Below are positions 14,111-28,676 of a DNA stretch of 64,000 bases, piece by piece. This DNA comes from Paraspadella gotoi (Eukaryota; Animalia; Chaetognatha): the NCBI GenBank assembly GCA_051294375.1, contig CM119266.1, forward strand, positions 13,704,735 through 13,768,734, written 5' to 3'. The translations under genes and the position numbers were made by a program. The number at the start of each line of letters is the position of its first letter. The stretch's first letter is position 1. Under the pieces are notes generated by a model that saw only the letters and a list, made by a program, of their open reading frames with translations, made no database searches and was not told where the DNA came from.

Positions 14111-17100
14111 ACACCCTCTCTTTAAAACCCTAGTTGATTATGTATAACCCGAAATCGACGTAGATTAGCTTATGACACAATGAAAAATGGCGTAACGTTA
14201 CTATTCAATTATTGTTATTCAATTATTGTTCAATATTATTATATTATATTATATTATATTAAAGTTTCATATGTTAATATACAAAATATCAATACAAAAT
14301 CTTTTTTTGTTTTTTTTTATATGACTGAATATAGGGTAAAAGATGATAAATTAAAAAAAAAAATTACTTATTCATATTTATTCACAGAATAGCAATAGAA
14401 TAAAAAAAATTGACCCAGATCTTCCTTTATTGTACCTTTTATGATTATGATTTGATCTTTATCTCAATTCTTACTCTATACAGTAATAGTATATTATTAA
14501 TAGATCTCCTGCATAAATCTTTTAAAATTTCGCTTCAGCGCCAAGTATGTTATCACTTGGTCTTTTCATATTTTTTGACATGAAGCCTAGAAATCGTATT
14601 GTCACATGCCAACGAACTATTATGGGGTAAGACACTGACACCACTGCAATGCCAGGGATGAGCAATGAGCGTTAGGTGTCTACTCTAATTCTCAATCCCA
14701 ACGACACAGATACACGAAAAAAGCACGTCGGTTATGTGAATTGAGTAAGGTATTCTTTTGATTTATAAAGAAAGCAAGAGGAGACACATAATTTTGATCA
14801 TATAAGTTATTTAATGGTATCTTGGGTTTTTCTTTTTGACTCGGTGTATCGAATATGTACTTTACGATTAAATTTCCTATCTTTTCGATTTCTAGTAGGC
14901 TTTGTTAGTGTTGCGATGCCCGTTCCTCACCGGTGTGTTTTGGAGTCCGGCTGCAGACCTAGTAATTGCCTACGCTCAACTATACACCCGTACGTTATAT
15001 TCACATATACCAGTTATACAATATCAATAATTTAGTCTCAGAAAAAAGAAACTTTATATGGTGGACAAAAGTCAGCACGAGAGACCGTTACGCCACGTTA
15101 TTTTTTCACTAGGTTTTGTCTTCTTCTTAACTATATATTCTCCACTCTTTTTTTTAGTTGCGCGCGCGCAAGTACTCGTGGAACAAACTCAAAGTTCACT
15201 TTTCTAGACTCTCTCTGTCGGGCTGTTCTGTCACTCGTGGTGATATGCTACTGTAATTGTATTGTATTCTTAATACGTGTTAAAAAAGAAGAGTGCTCCA
15301 TAATGCGCCATATAGTGGTCTGGTAGAGAGAACAGGAAGAAACACCCCTTTCAAACTAAGTTGACCGACAAACTCTTAGCAACTTACGAAAAGACATATC
15401 AAGCTCGGTTCTTTTTCCGTCCCGTCTTATTACAACACTTGGAGTGAGAGACCGATCTAATAGTCCTTCTCTCTACACTGTCGACTTCACGAAACTCATA
15501 GCGACAATATGAATCAATCTCGCTCGAGCGACCTCGCCTTCTCACGTCGAATGTTATCGGCTTTAATCGTGCGCAATCGTGGAGGCACGCGTATTAAACG
15601 GTGAAAAGATCGCCAAAAATCACACTCTACTGTCGCAACTCTGTTCTATCACCATACTGATTCGCGAGAAGCGTCTGTATCTCACTCGTATGCATAGGAG
15701 GACTAATATATGACACGTGTATTAGAGTGAGAAGGGCTCTCGCGGTAGAAGGACAGGCGCAAAAAATATGATGTCATGTAGAAAATCATAAAACAAAAGT
15801 AGAAATACTAACAATCCGAGAGTGTTTGATATCAGTAAAATGGTCGACATAGTGTCGAACTACTGTAGTCTCGGAATCGGCGTCCAGCTCTCTATTTCTT
15901 AATATTTATTAAAAATGTCAAGCGGTAGCACTGACAGTGTAAATTTTCCATCAAATCATAAACGCTGTAGAAGATTCAGAAATGGTATGGAGATTCGGTT
16001 CGTTCGATTCCCATTTCCATTATATTTTAAAAATAAATGAATGTCTCAAACCACGAAATGTACCTATGCGATTTAGAAGATGATGTGCCGTCATTGTAAT
16101 TTCTGTATGTCACTGATCTTCACAGTACCACCATTTGCCATCGCACGCGGAACTCCACGGGATACCGATGTGCCGGCCCCGGGGCCGAAAATTTCATCCT
16201 CCTCCTCCTCCTGACGAGAGAGAGAGACCTCTCTAGCACATCGACTGAGTTGTGAAACTTGGCCTAGGGCGACACGCGTAGGTGACCATCTTCTTCTTCA
16301 CGTCAATGGAGAGGAAATGCGTGAAAAGATCTTTACATCGCACTTGAAACAAGAAGATCACGTCGATGAAAAGAACAGGAAGAATGAGATGAGGAGGCGG
16401 AGATTTGGCGAATCTCGAGACAGAACGGAATCGAGACAGAACCAGCGCTGGACATGGTCAGATTCCAGGACATAGAAGGTACCTAACAGTGGAACAAAGA
16501 ATCGAAAAACAGTATATTAATTATCTATTCTGAAATGCCTTGAAGTGTTGTCGAACCAAGGATCGGAGAACGACCCTTCACACGAAAAACTCACTTACCA
16601 CCACAAGGTATTTTAATCCACTCTTAAACCAGCAGCCCGCAGCTCTCCTGGCGGAAACGGATTTACAATTCCACGAGACAAGTCGGACCTTCTCTCATTA
16701 AACTAAGTAGAATAAATCCTGAGCCTGACACTGGGTCTCGCAGCGGCTCACCACAACCCACACACAGGCCGTTCCACAGCCTGGTGGAATTAACCGCAGC
16801 GTTATCCGAACGACGAAAGCGCTCAAGACAATACATTTATGTGGTGATAAATAAAAGCGTCAAAACATGATCTCACACGCACAATGGATTCTTTCGAAGA
16901 TTGGTTAGAAACTTCTGAATGTGGGATATATAGCGAAAACTGAATCAGAATGGTGGAAACAATTATGAGAGAAAATCTAGAGTTAATTATCCCAGATTAT
17001 CGGAATGAATAACGTGATTCAGTGTGTATTATTATTTACAGAATGTAATTAGGGAACAAACGTAGACCGAGAGAAAACGCGAATCACTTTTTTCCAAAGT

Positions 17101-19105
17101 TTATCCTCCGCTATCGGATAAAATCATCAAAGCGTGATCGAAGGCGTGTAAGTGGAGTAAAGTTATTGATATTTTTTTTCACTGCGTTAGGCCTCCTTGG
17201 ATATCTCAGCGAGCGATGCGCAGAAGATTAAACCAGCGGCGCGGGACGTGAACACGTAATCAGCGCATCCACAAGCTTTGCTGACGCGAGCCAATCGCGT
17301 GAGACTTTTTCGCGCCTTTTCGATCGGTGTGAGCGTTGAATGTTCGCGCGACACGTTTTTTGCTGTCAACCTATGTAATTAGCGAGGGCGCGAATGCGAG
17401 GGATCCTACGAGACCCCGTAGATATGAATGCATCTGCGATTTAGAGGCGGGCCCAGCCGTCGCTTGGGGAACGACGAGAAACATAGCGTAATTATCGATG
17501 AGAAAGAAAGAGCGCGGAAATTACTTTCGTTGCACAAGCGGTGTGAGAAGCTATTCGATTTAAGAAAAGTGAATATATATATATAATTATATAATATATA
17601 ATATATATATATATATATTATATAATATAAATATATATATATATATATATTATATATATTGGTTTCGTTGGGCTGATTTGGCCAAAAGAATTTGTCTAAG
17701 GATCGGTTGTTAATTCATTGGTTTTTTTTATTATCTGGTTTTGGCCTCAAAAAAGGATTATTTGGTTTTGCCACGAATGAAGCCGATCCTCGCGCAGATG
17801 GGAATTGACTTTATTCTTCGGAACAATTAATAATAGGATTTTCTGCAGGCCGTTTGGATGGAGGAGAATGAACTCGGGTTGGTGGAGTCGGACATGGGCA
17901 GAGATTCGTTTAGAGATTGCAGAGAAAACTATTTCACAGATTTGCTTGATAGGTTTTATTTATAGCCAAACAAGACACGGAATAACTCTCCGTCCACGAT
18001 CGTGATTTGACCAAACAAATTAACACAAATTGAAAACTTCAAAGGAGATAAAATGACATGGTTCAATAACAGTTGTTTAATCTTTTTAATTTGGCCACTA
18101 ATTTAAGTATTGTAAAAAATTGTACTAATACTCTAATATATTCTTGATGCCACTTACCTCTCACATGAAGAGTGTCCTACTGTGCCGGGGTAAAGTATCT
18201 CAAAGTATCACAACACGGAGGGATTGGAGAAAAGAGATTCTGTTAAGAGTCGACAGATGAGTCTCAAAGAAGTGCGGAATAGTTACTAGCTTAAGAATTG
18301 CGTAGAACCACAGAAAAAGCCCCTCACTCGAGGAAACAACTTAAATGGACTTATATGTAAAGTGACACGAAAGCTGTACGCCTTCTAGTCGATAATCGTC
18401 TAGAAATAATTATAGTTTTGGAGCAGTCTCTGGAACCCGCATCATTAATCTGTCTTCCTTCTGACATATTCGTCCTTAACTTCTCGACTTGTGCGATCGT
18501 CTGGTCTTTCCCTTTCTATCTATATCTCTTCTTCGCTCTGTGCGTCTTCTCTTTTTATCTACTCTCTACTTATTCTCAATGCGCCAATTTGGGATTTCTT
18601 ATGACGTTTATTGGTGGGCATTTCGTTTTTTCGTATGTGTTGACTTTGGCAAAGGTAACGGGGCCTCACGATGTTCTCCTTATGCACGACCCACATCAGG
18701 GCATTTTGACATTTTCGAGGAGTAATCGAGACCGTCACTAGATTCGGATTTTATTAAGCTAACTCCTGTTTCTCAAGAAGGCGTGTGACTTTTCGAGATA
18801 TAAAACAGAGAAGAAGAGAGAGAGAGAGAGAATAGGAGAGAATATGTATGGTTTAAGTTTTCCCATTTAAAATTGAAATTCCTTCTAAACCTGTATTTTC
18901 CGCGCCCTTATTCATATTGAGAGAAAACCTCTTTCAAAGAGTCGTTTATTTCTGGTGATTCTGCTTTCCCTTGCCGTTTCTCTTTTCTTTTTCATTTTTC
19001 CGGTTTGGTCGATTTTTGCTGCGTCATTAAACAGAAACATCTCTGGCTGCGTGCTTCATTTTGGTCAATTCTCTTTCTTCATCCTATTGCCTCTCTCCGG
19101 TCCTC

Positions 19106-19192
<87 letters not shown>

Positions 19193-22100
19193 TCTCTCCT
19201 TCTCCTCCTCTTCTCTCTTTCCTTCTGCTTCTTATTCTGTCCTGAGTCCTCTTCTCCCATTGACTCTTAGTGTCGTCGGCCTGTATGCCACTAAAAATTT
19301 CCGGCAAAGCTTATATCTCTCATCGTCTATAAAAAAATCAAACTACTCATACACTCCCTATATTTTAAAATGGAAACCTTTATCATTCGGCTCTGTCTTC
19401 ATTACAATCATCTTTATATCTCAATCTTAAAACTATCTTACTCTCCGGTTTCCATCGGCACCTCTCTCTCTCTCTCTTGTCCACCTGTCATCTCTCTCAC
19501 GTCTCAGTGGTCTCGCCTCTCCCTCGTACAAAAGCAATGAACCCTTTTTACGTCTTTATGGAAATATGTTAGATAGGCAGTGCGCTCAATACTCTCCTAC
19601 ACTTATTCTCTCCTTCCATCCTTACATTCCTGTCTTGTGCTATGATCCGAACATATATTTTATTCTTCCATGTCTCTGCAGTTAGAGAATAGAAAAATTA
19701 CTAAAGATGTTGAGATGGTCGCATTGCCATCTGACTGTGTGAGCTGGCATATTGGACTCTCGTTAGCACAAGCAGTCCAATTCGAATATATCTTGCTTAT
19801 CGCTGATACTTGACCGCTTATGGAGCGCATATTATGTCTCGATACGTTTATTATATCGTGCGAAACTTATCCCTCGGTTGGTAGTAGACTCAATGGAACG
19901 ATTAAACTCACAATGATGATATGCATAAGCGTCGAACTCGCAGATGGAATGAGTATCCCATAGAGTGTCTTCTAGTCAATACATGATATATATCCATGAT
20001 TTCCTCGCATTGCTAGCCAGTCATAGTGATAGAGAAAATGATAGTAACACTATCTCGATCTCGCGAGGTCTGCTCTCTCGATATTGCAGCAGGATTGATG
20101 GACGGTCAGAGGTGAGTGAGTAGGCAGCAGATCGGAGTTGGCTCTATCGGTCCTTAGTCAATCAGTGCCGAGGATTCTATCTATGAGAACTCCGGCATAT
20201 CAAGAATATAAGCTCACTCAAAGAGATAATGCGCAATGAGGTATACCATCTACGTCTCTCCGTTCTCTGTATTAGAATTCTGATCTCGGAACTTACCCTT
20301 ACCCAACTCGCTACGAAGTGTTCGTCTCTCTCTATACATCTCTCGGCCCCGGAGCACTCTCGTGTTCACTCTCGTCCAGGACGCAATATTGTAGCAATAC
20401 TAACTTAAAACTTGGAGTGTGGTCGTCGGCTCGCGCCCGAGTGATAGAATGTAAGTCCGCAGTACAACTCCTGCTACATGCCCGAAGAGCGAGGAGCCTC
20501 ATAAGTGATTGAGGGCGCTGTTCTAACACACTTCCACAGATACGAAATGCCATTTCTAGGTGGTCTCATTCAGCCTTGGTAGCTCGCACGACCGAGAGCT
20601 CCCCATTACTCCCTTACTCATCGCCTGCTATCCCAGCTACTCGAGGCCCTGCAGCACTCCTCCTCTCTTCATGTCCCGGGGGATAGAGCTGGAGATACTG
20701 AAGCTGTACTGACCTGCCTCACCCCAGCGTGGACACGATGTTCTGCTCACTCGGTGAGCGCACCAGTGAGTGTAGAGAGCCCGAGTGTGCTCTGCGGTCT
20801 CTCAGAGATCAAATAGCTAAAGGGCCCTCCTGCAATTATTTGTCTCCTGCGAACGAGAGTGAGAGTTTTGGATTGCTGACTCAGTGTATATGCAATTCGA
20901 GACACCCGTCGCTCTTGCGCTTTGAACCTCCCGACTAGAGTATTTTGTGAGCTCCCCTTCCACCTTTATCTCACTGGGTCTAGCGAATACGAGGACTAGG
21001 CAGACTTGTGTGAGCAATAAAGCTCACGCTCTCCATAAGCACTTATTTCTCCGCGATGTGTCGATCATGAGTATGACCGTATACCCTCGAGTAGGAATGT
21101 CTCAGCCACCGCTCACACCGGGCGCCGTCTATACCATGCTGTGCGTGACCTTCTCGCTATGTCGCCCACCGAATTTGAGAATGCACAAAGAGACAATACG
21201 CGATGCTCCGTCTAATCTGATCTAGTTCAATGCGTTTATAGAATATATATATATATATAAGAGAGATATAATAAGAATAAGAGCAGGATGAGAGTCACTC
21301 GCAAGGTCGTAAGCGAAAAGTTACCGGCCGACGCGTGAAGCGTAGAGAAGAGCTGACAGATTTTTTCCATTGACACGCAGAGATCCAAAACTCTCTAGTT
21401 CACACATGGTTCGACCTGGACGGAAGTCATATAAGATATATCACAAGAAAAAATCTCAGAGAGAAGCATTATACCTCCTCACCAGAAAATCGCGAAGGCA
21501 TGCAAAGGTTGGCAAGCAGAGCGAGAGCTAAGAGAAGATACCTGTAGAAATTGAAGCGAGATTGACTCACGCTCTACGCACACACTCAGAGAACCGGAAC
21601 AAGAATACAGACGAGTGGTTATGTAGGTGATTGTGCAGAGTCGATAGATATCTCGTGATGAGCATATTAGTGGTAGGTTTATGATTAGAGTAGAGTATTG
21701 TAGTTCTATGAACTGTATAGCGGTGTCGTATGTATTTTAAACTCGACAGGTAAAGACAGGATGTCGCGTAAAGGCGCGGAATTCGAGTGCAAAAGTGATT
21801 GAGTGCACGGTAAAACGTGATAGAGTGAAGGAGAGATAGAGGAAGGAAGAAGACTCGCCTGTGCGCCAGAGCTTACCGAATATACTCGGAGGCGTTCTCG
21901 GGTGTCAGATACCGCCAGAGCATTACGAGTACAGGTGTTAGCGCGCTCCAGACGTTATTATAGCGTAACCCAAAAGGATGCGATGCGGGTGAGAGAAAGG
22001 CTGAATGCACCTATATTATGCCGCCGGTGTAGAGGAATTGCGGAGCGAACGCGTGAGACGTAACACTCCCGCCGAGAAAGAGACAGAAAGCAGCGTTTCA

Positions 22101-25100
22101 AGTATATAAGAGTCCAGGAGGGCCATGGGTAAATCTCGAGCTGCGAGGAGTCTCAATGAATCCTCGCGAGATCGGGCGCGTAGCCCGAGAAGAGATGCGT
22201 TTAGGATCAGACAAATCCCTCGGCTGAGAGGGAGGTTTANNNNNNNNNNNNNNNNNNNNNNNNNAAAATTAATAGTACTAATAGTTAGTGTTATGTCTCA
22301 ACTAAATAAAAAAACCTTGTTTATTAATTAATAATATTTTTTTTGTATTTATAAAAGCAATAGTCTAAAATTTTATAATTGTTTTGAACAAAATTACTTC
22401 ATATTTTTTCCTATTTTTGATCTAGTTGGCTTTTTTATTGATGGTCAAGGGTTATGGTCAGACCTAGTNNNNNNNNNNNNNNNNNNNNNNNNNNNNNNNN
22501 NNNNNNNNNNNNNNNNNNNNNNNNNNNNNNNNNNNNNNNNNNNNNNNNNNNNNNNNNNNNNNNNNNNNNNNNNNNNNNNNNNNNNNNNNNNNNNNNNNNN
22601 NNNNNNNNNNNNNNNNNNNNNNNNNNNNNNNNNNNNNNNNNNNNNNNNNNNNNNNNNNNNNNNNNNNNNNNNNNNNNNNNNNNNNNNNNNNNNNNNTTTA
22701 GCTCAGAAAAAAACTTTAAGGGGACAAAATCAGCACAAGACCGTTACGCCACGTTATTTTTCACTGTGTCTTATCTCTCTGTCTCTCTAACTATATATCT
22801 CTCACTCTTTTTTAGTTGCGCCGCAAGTACTCGTGGAACAACTCTATAAGTCACTTTTTGGTCGGTCTGTCGANNNNNNNNNNNNNNNNNNNNNNNNNGC
22901 GATCCCTTAAAGACAAATTCCTTTTGCCAAAGCCACGACCAATAACTTTATATTATATATATAATATACTATATCATATATATATATATACTATTATACT
23001 ATATATATATATATATATATATTCACTTTCTCTAACATCGATATAGCTGTCTCACCTGCTGGTTGGCACGGAAAGTAATCTCTCGCGCGCCCTCTCGAGT
23101 CAGATAGACTTAGACTAATGTTCCGTCGCGGCACAAACGAACGGCTGCGCCCAGCCTCTTAAATCGCAGAGCATCATTTACCAGCGCGGTCTCAGTTAGG
23201 GGATGCCTCCCGCATCGCGCCCTTCCTGAATTAATAGTTCGAAGAAACAACTGTCGCGCCGACATTCGACGCTCACGATCGATAAAGCCGCGATAAGTCA
23301 CGCGATTGCGCGCGGCACACAAGATTTGGGTGCGCTATTACGACGTGTTCGACCCTCGCGCTAGCCGAGTTTAATTTTCTCGCCATCGCTTCCGCTGAGA
23401 TAAGGGAGGCCAACGCAGTGAAAAAAATATAAATTTACCATTACGCTTCGATCCACCCTTTTGATGAGTTTTTCGCATAGGGCGAGGAATAACTCTGAAA
23501 AAAGTGATCGGCGCGTTTTCTGGTACGTTTTCCTAAGCTAATTAGATTAAATGAATAAATGAAGTAATTGAGTAATTAAATTAATTGTCATCTCTCAAAA
23601 TGATTTCACAACTGTTAACCAATTTTAACAATGAACATTCTTGTGACATTTCAAAAGTATGCTCTCATTCTCACCCTCTCTTCTCTCCTGCTCTCTTACC
23701 ATTTCAAATCACAACTTTTTCAGTTTTCCTGAACCTCACTGCGACGACACGTGTCCATTCTCCAATCTTTTGTTGAAACTCTGCGCTCCGTCATCTCTCA
23801 CATCCTCGTCTCTCTCTCTCTCTCTCTCTCCTCTCCTCTCCTCTCTCTCTCATCATCTCTCGTCTCCCCGTCTCCTCCTCCTCCTCTCCTCCTCTCATCG
23901 TCTTCTCTTCACGCAATAATCAAAAACTCAATCCCACTACCTGCCTCAAATCAATAAAAACAATCCTAATAAAAAAAAAAAAAAATAAAGATAACAAAAA
24001 AAATCACAAAAAAAAAACCAATCAAGTAAAAAGAACATATCAAATGAATTACAAAAAAAATAAAACAAAAAGAAAAAAAAAAAAAAACGAATAAAAAAAA
24101 AAAAAAAAAAGACACAACAAAGAAAAAAATAAACAACAATAAAAGAAATATACATGCAAACAAAAGAAGAAAAAACTCATCAATACCTCACCAAACAATC
24201 AAAAAAACAAAAAATAACAAAGATCAAAAAAAAAAAAAAAAAAAAGAAAAAACACAAAAAAAACAAAAAAAAAAAAAAAATAAAAAAAAACAAAAAATAA
24301 AAAAATAAAAAGAAAAAAAAATAACAATAAAAAAAACAAAACTCTTTCCAAACAAACAAAAAAAAAAATAAATGACAAACAAAAAAAATATGGAATTAGT
24401 GATCATTAAACAATATCCACTAAAAAAAAGAAAAAAAAGAAAAAAAAAAAAAAAAAAAAGCAAAAAAAAAAAAAAGAAAATATTACAAACAAAAAATCAA
24501 AAAATCACATATAACACAAACAAAACTCAACAATAAAAAAATAACAAAAGAAAACAAAGAAACAATCCAAACAACAAAAGTAAAACAAAACACTCTGAAA
24601 AAGAAAAAACAATCAAACTAAACAACCACAAACAAAAAAGAAAAAACAACAACTCAAATCCAAAAAAATCAAACAAAGAAAAAAAAAAACCACAAAAACA
24701 ACAAACAAACAAAAACAAAAACAAAAAGGTCGCGACCGATGGAACAAAGAATAAAAAAAATCAACAAAAATAATCTCAAAAAAAATAAAATAAAATCCAA
24801 ATAATCAAATACAAAAAAAAAAAAGAAAAAATAAACAAAAAATCCTACATGCAAATATCAATCGCATCAAAATACATCCACATGAAATAAAAACAAAAAT
24901 ATCAAAAAAATAAAACAAAAAAAAAAAAAAAGAAAATAAAAAAAAACAGAAAAATCAAATACAATCGTACAGAACAAATGCAAAAAAAAAAATCTCTAAA
25001 AACCCAAAGAAAGATCCAGTTCATCTTACACACCAAAAAAAAATAAAATAACAAACAAAAAAATCATACATCTCTCATAAACATCCACATTTATATAGAA

Positions 25101-28100
25101 AATATGTGATACAAACTGGTCAAAATTAGCTCCTAGGGATTAAGGAATAACAAATCGGAACACACAGAAAGGGTAGGAAAAAATGTATCCCAAAATAAAT
25201 AAACTGTAATAAAAAAAAAATAAAAAAAAATCCGTATTGAAAAAAACAATCAACTACAGACTTTAAGTTTAATGTTAGAATAACCTCAAAACAAATAGAA
25301 AAACAACATATATTTGAGTATTGAACAGAGACCTGTATAAACCTAATATAAAATTCCGAGGCGGCCTAAATAAAAACAAGGCAAATTAGTCCAGCCGAAA
25401 AGAAAGTGAGACAGAAAGATCGCGGAAAAACAGAGAGGAGAGACAGAGTATGCGCAGATTCATATGCGAATCGAATCGTTATATACAAGAGCAGTCGCCC
25501 AGAAATGCAGACCATTCGTCTCTATGGTGGCGATGCGGGCGCAGAGATATGATATCCATAATCCGAGTCTTTTGAAGATTAACGAAAGTCGAAAGGAGAT
25601 AAAAGGAAAATACGTGTCTATCTATTATTGTGTTGTGTTCTTATATTACAGCAGTAAGACATATCTTAATCATCAAAGTTAACATGTTAGCAAGCTCACT
25701 TAGGGCTATTAGAGAGGATATTATTAATTTTACAAACATGTCTTATAAACAACAACAAAAAACTATAAGGCGAAATTAAAAATAAAGAAGCACTATATAT
25801 AAACAAGTAATTAATGCTTTGGGAAAAAAAAACCAGCAACATATACGAACAGAAACCGGGACAAAAAGTGACTTATAAGAAAGTTGATATCCTCAACGAA
25901 GATAATTGGATCACGGCAGGCAAACTAAAAAAGATGTGAAAAAGATAAATAATAAAGATTAGACAAAGGAGAAAAGAAGAAAAAAAATAAGTACACACAG
26001 TGAAAAAGTAAACGTGAAGAGAAACAAGTCTTAGTGACTGATTATTCTGCTCCCCTACAAGTTTTTATAATCTGAGAAACTAAATTAAAATATTGAAGAT
26101 TGATTAAAATGTTTGGATAATAAATAATGCGGTGTATATATAAACATAAAGGCAAAATATAAAATAGTCGACCATAAAAAACCCTTGAGGAAACAATCCA
26201 AACAAAAAAAAAGACCAACATAAGATTCAAAAATAAAAAAAAAATATAGAAAAACGTAAATATTAATAGATTCAACAAAACAAAAATTATAATAAAAATA
26301 AATATAGAGACTAATATAAAAACTAATTATAATAAATAAACAAAAAAAAATATTAATTATATAAAAATATAAACCACAGAAATTTTATTTTAATTATAAG
26401 TATTGAAAAGAAACACAAAAATACAACAATAAAAACTATTAGTACTCTATATAAAAAATATATATTTAATTTATCTTAAACATAATATTAATTGACATAA
26501 ATACAAAAAAAAGAAAAAAAAAAAAAAAAATAAATTAAAATAACAAATAAAAAGCGAGTCAAAAAAAAATAATGAGAAAAATAAAAAACACGAGTAAAAA
26601 ATATACAGAAAACAAAATTTAAATTTATGAAGAAAATCTAAATTAAAAATAATTATATACACATATAAAAAATATAAAACATAAGAAAAATAGAAATAAA
26701 TCAAGAATAACAGGTAAATAAAGGAACAGAATAATACTGGGTCAATATAATAAAAATTAAATATATTAATTACTAAAAAATTAAGCATCTGATAGAAAAA
26801 TAAAAAATAAGAATAAGATAAATATTATAATTTTATTATAAAAAAAATAAATAATCTAATCTATTTTACCACTAATAAAAGAAATAACAGATATCCATAT
26901 AAAAAAACAAAAAAGATTTGTATTGATATTTTGTATACTTAACATATGAAACTTTAAATAAATATATATATATAACAATAATTTGAACAATAATTGAGAT
27001 AACAATAAGAATAGTACTTACGCACCATTTTTCATTGTGTCATATAGCTAATTTATCGTCGATCTTCTCCTGGGCTTATACATATTCACTAGGGTTTTAA
27101 AGAGACGGTGTGTAAGAGAGGAAGAGAGAGCAGAGAGATGAGAGACGAGAAGAGAGAGAGAGATGAGAGACCAGACCCGATACATGCTACACTCTTAGAC
27201 TCAGCCAATTCGACTCTCTATTTCACTTTTCGATTTTCACCCTTAATCGTTTACTATTTCCTCTCCTCTTCGATTCCATCGAGAGACAAAAAAGAAAAAC
27301 CTCATCAGGAATGGAATGAAATAGATAGATTGGAATAATAGATCTGATAAATATTCCAAAAAATTATATTATAAAGTCGATTTTAAAGGTTAGAATGGAA
27401 ATGATTAAAATGAAAGAAATCTGAACAAAAAAAAATTTTAACTGGGATTGGAAAATCAACAGAAACAAAAGCCGTTGAAACCCAGAATAAGAAAGAATCG
27501 ATGAGAAAAGGACAGAATGGAATTGAAATAATAAAACGAACAAGAGAGACTAAGTTTAAGGACCTTCAAATATGGCGTGACATTGAATATCTCGCCTCGA
27601 CTCGAATCTCTTCTCAAGTTTTGAAGAAATGAAAATGTTCATTTGTTTCAATAGAGATTTTCTTTTGGAAGTCTCTTCCCTCCGCTACTTCTCTCTTTTC
27701 ACAGACTTTACAATCCCCTCGCGATCCATTCTTCTTTTCACCAAGAAAATTATCTCCAGATGTCAGTCTCCTCTCCAGTTGTTCTCTCCTGTTGGTCTGG
27801 TCCGTGTTTCTGTCTATGACTCTGTTGCCGTATTTCTCTTCCTCTTTTTAGACTATCTGCATTTTTCTGAGTGTTGTGGTCCGTCTCTGTCCCTGTTCTT
27901 GGTCCTGTCTGACTTTTTGTCTGTTTAATCATTGGTTTTTTTATATCTGGTTTTGGCTCAAAAAAGGATTTTGTTTTGGCCACGAATGAAGCCTCCTCGC
28001 GCAGATGGTGGAATTGACTTTATTCTTTCGGAACAATAATAATAGGATTTTCCTCGGCCGTTGATGGGAGGATGACTCGGGTTGTGAGTCGACATTGGCG

Positions 28101-28629
28101 TCGTTTATTTGCATATCGGATTTTGAAGTTTATTTAGCACAAAAGTGCCGTCACGATCTGATTTGACAAACAAATTAACACAAGAAAACTTCAAAGAGAT
28201 AAAATTGACATGTCCAGTTAACTTAATCATTAATAATATATATATATATATATATTACAATTTACAGTCCTACTTCGGTAGTCTCGTCCACGGTTGAAGA
28301 TTTATATAATGCTCATTGCTCAATTCGCATGTCGCTGGGAGAGACCAAGAATGCCCTCCGGAAATTAACTTAATGGATTTATATAGTAACCGACTTCGAA
28401 AAAAACTTTTCTCGTTTTCCCTTCTAGTCGATAATCCGATAATTTTTGACGTCATAATCGTCTCGAATCGTAACCATTGTGGGCGACGTGGCTTTCGTCA
28501 TCATCGTCGTCGTCTTCTTTATCACCAATCTCAACGCCAATTGGATTTCTTATGACGTCATTGGTGGCATTTCGTTTGTTCGTATTTTGACTTGCAAAGG
28601 TAACGGCGTCACGATGTCTCCTTATTTGG

Positions 28630-28676
<47 letters not shown>

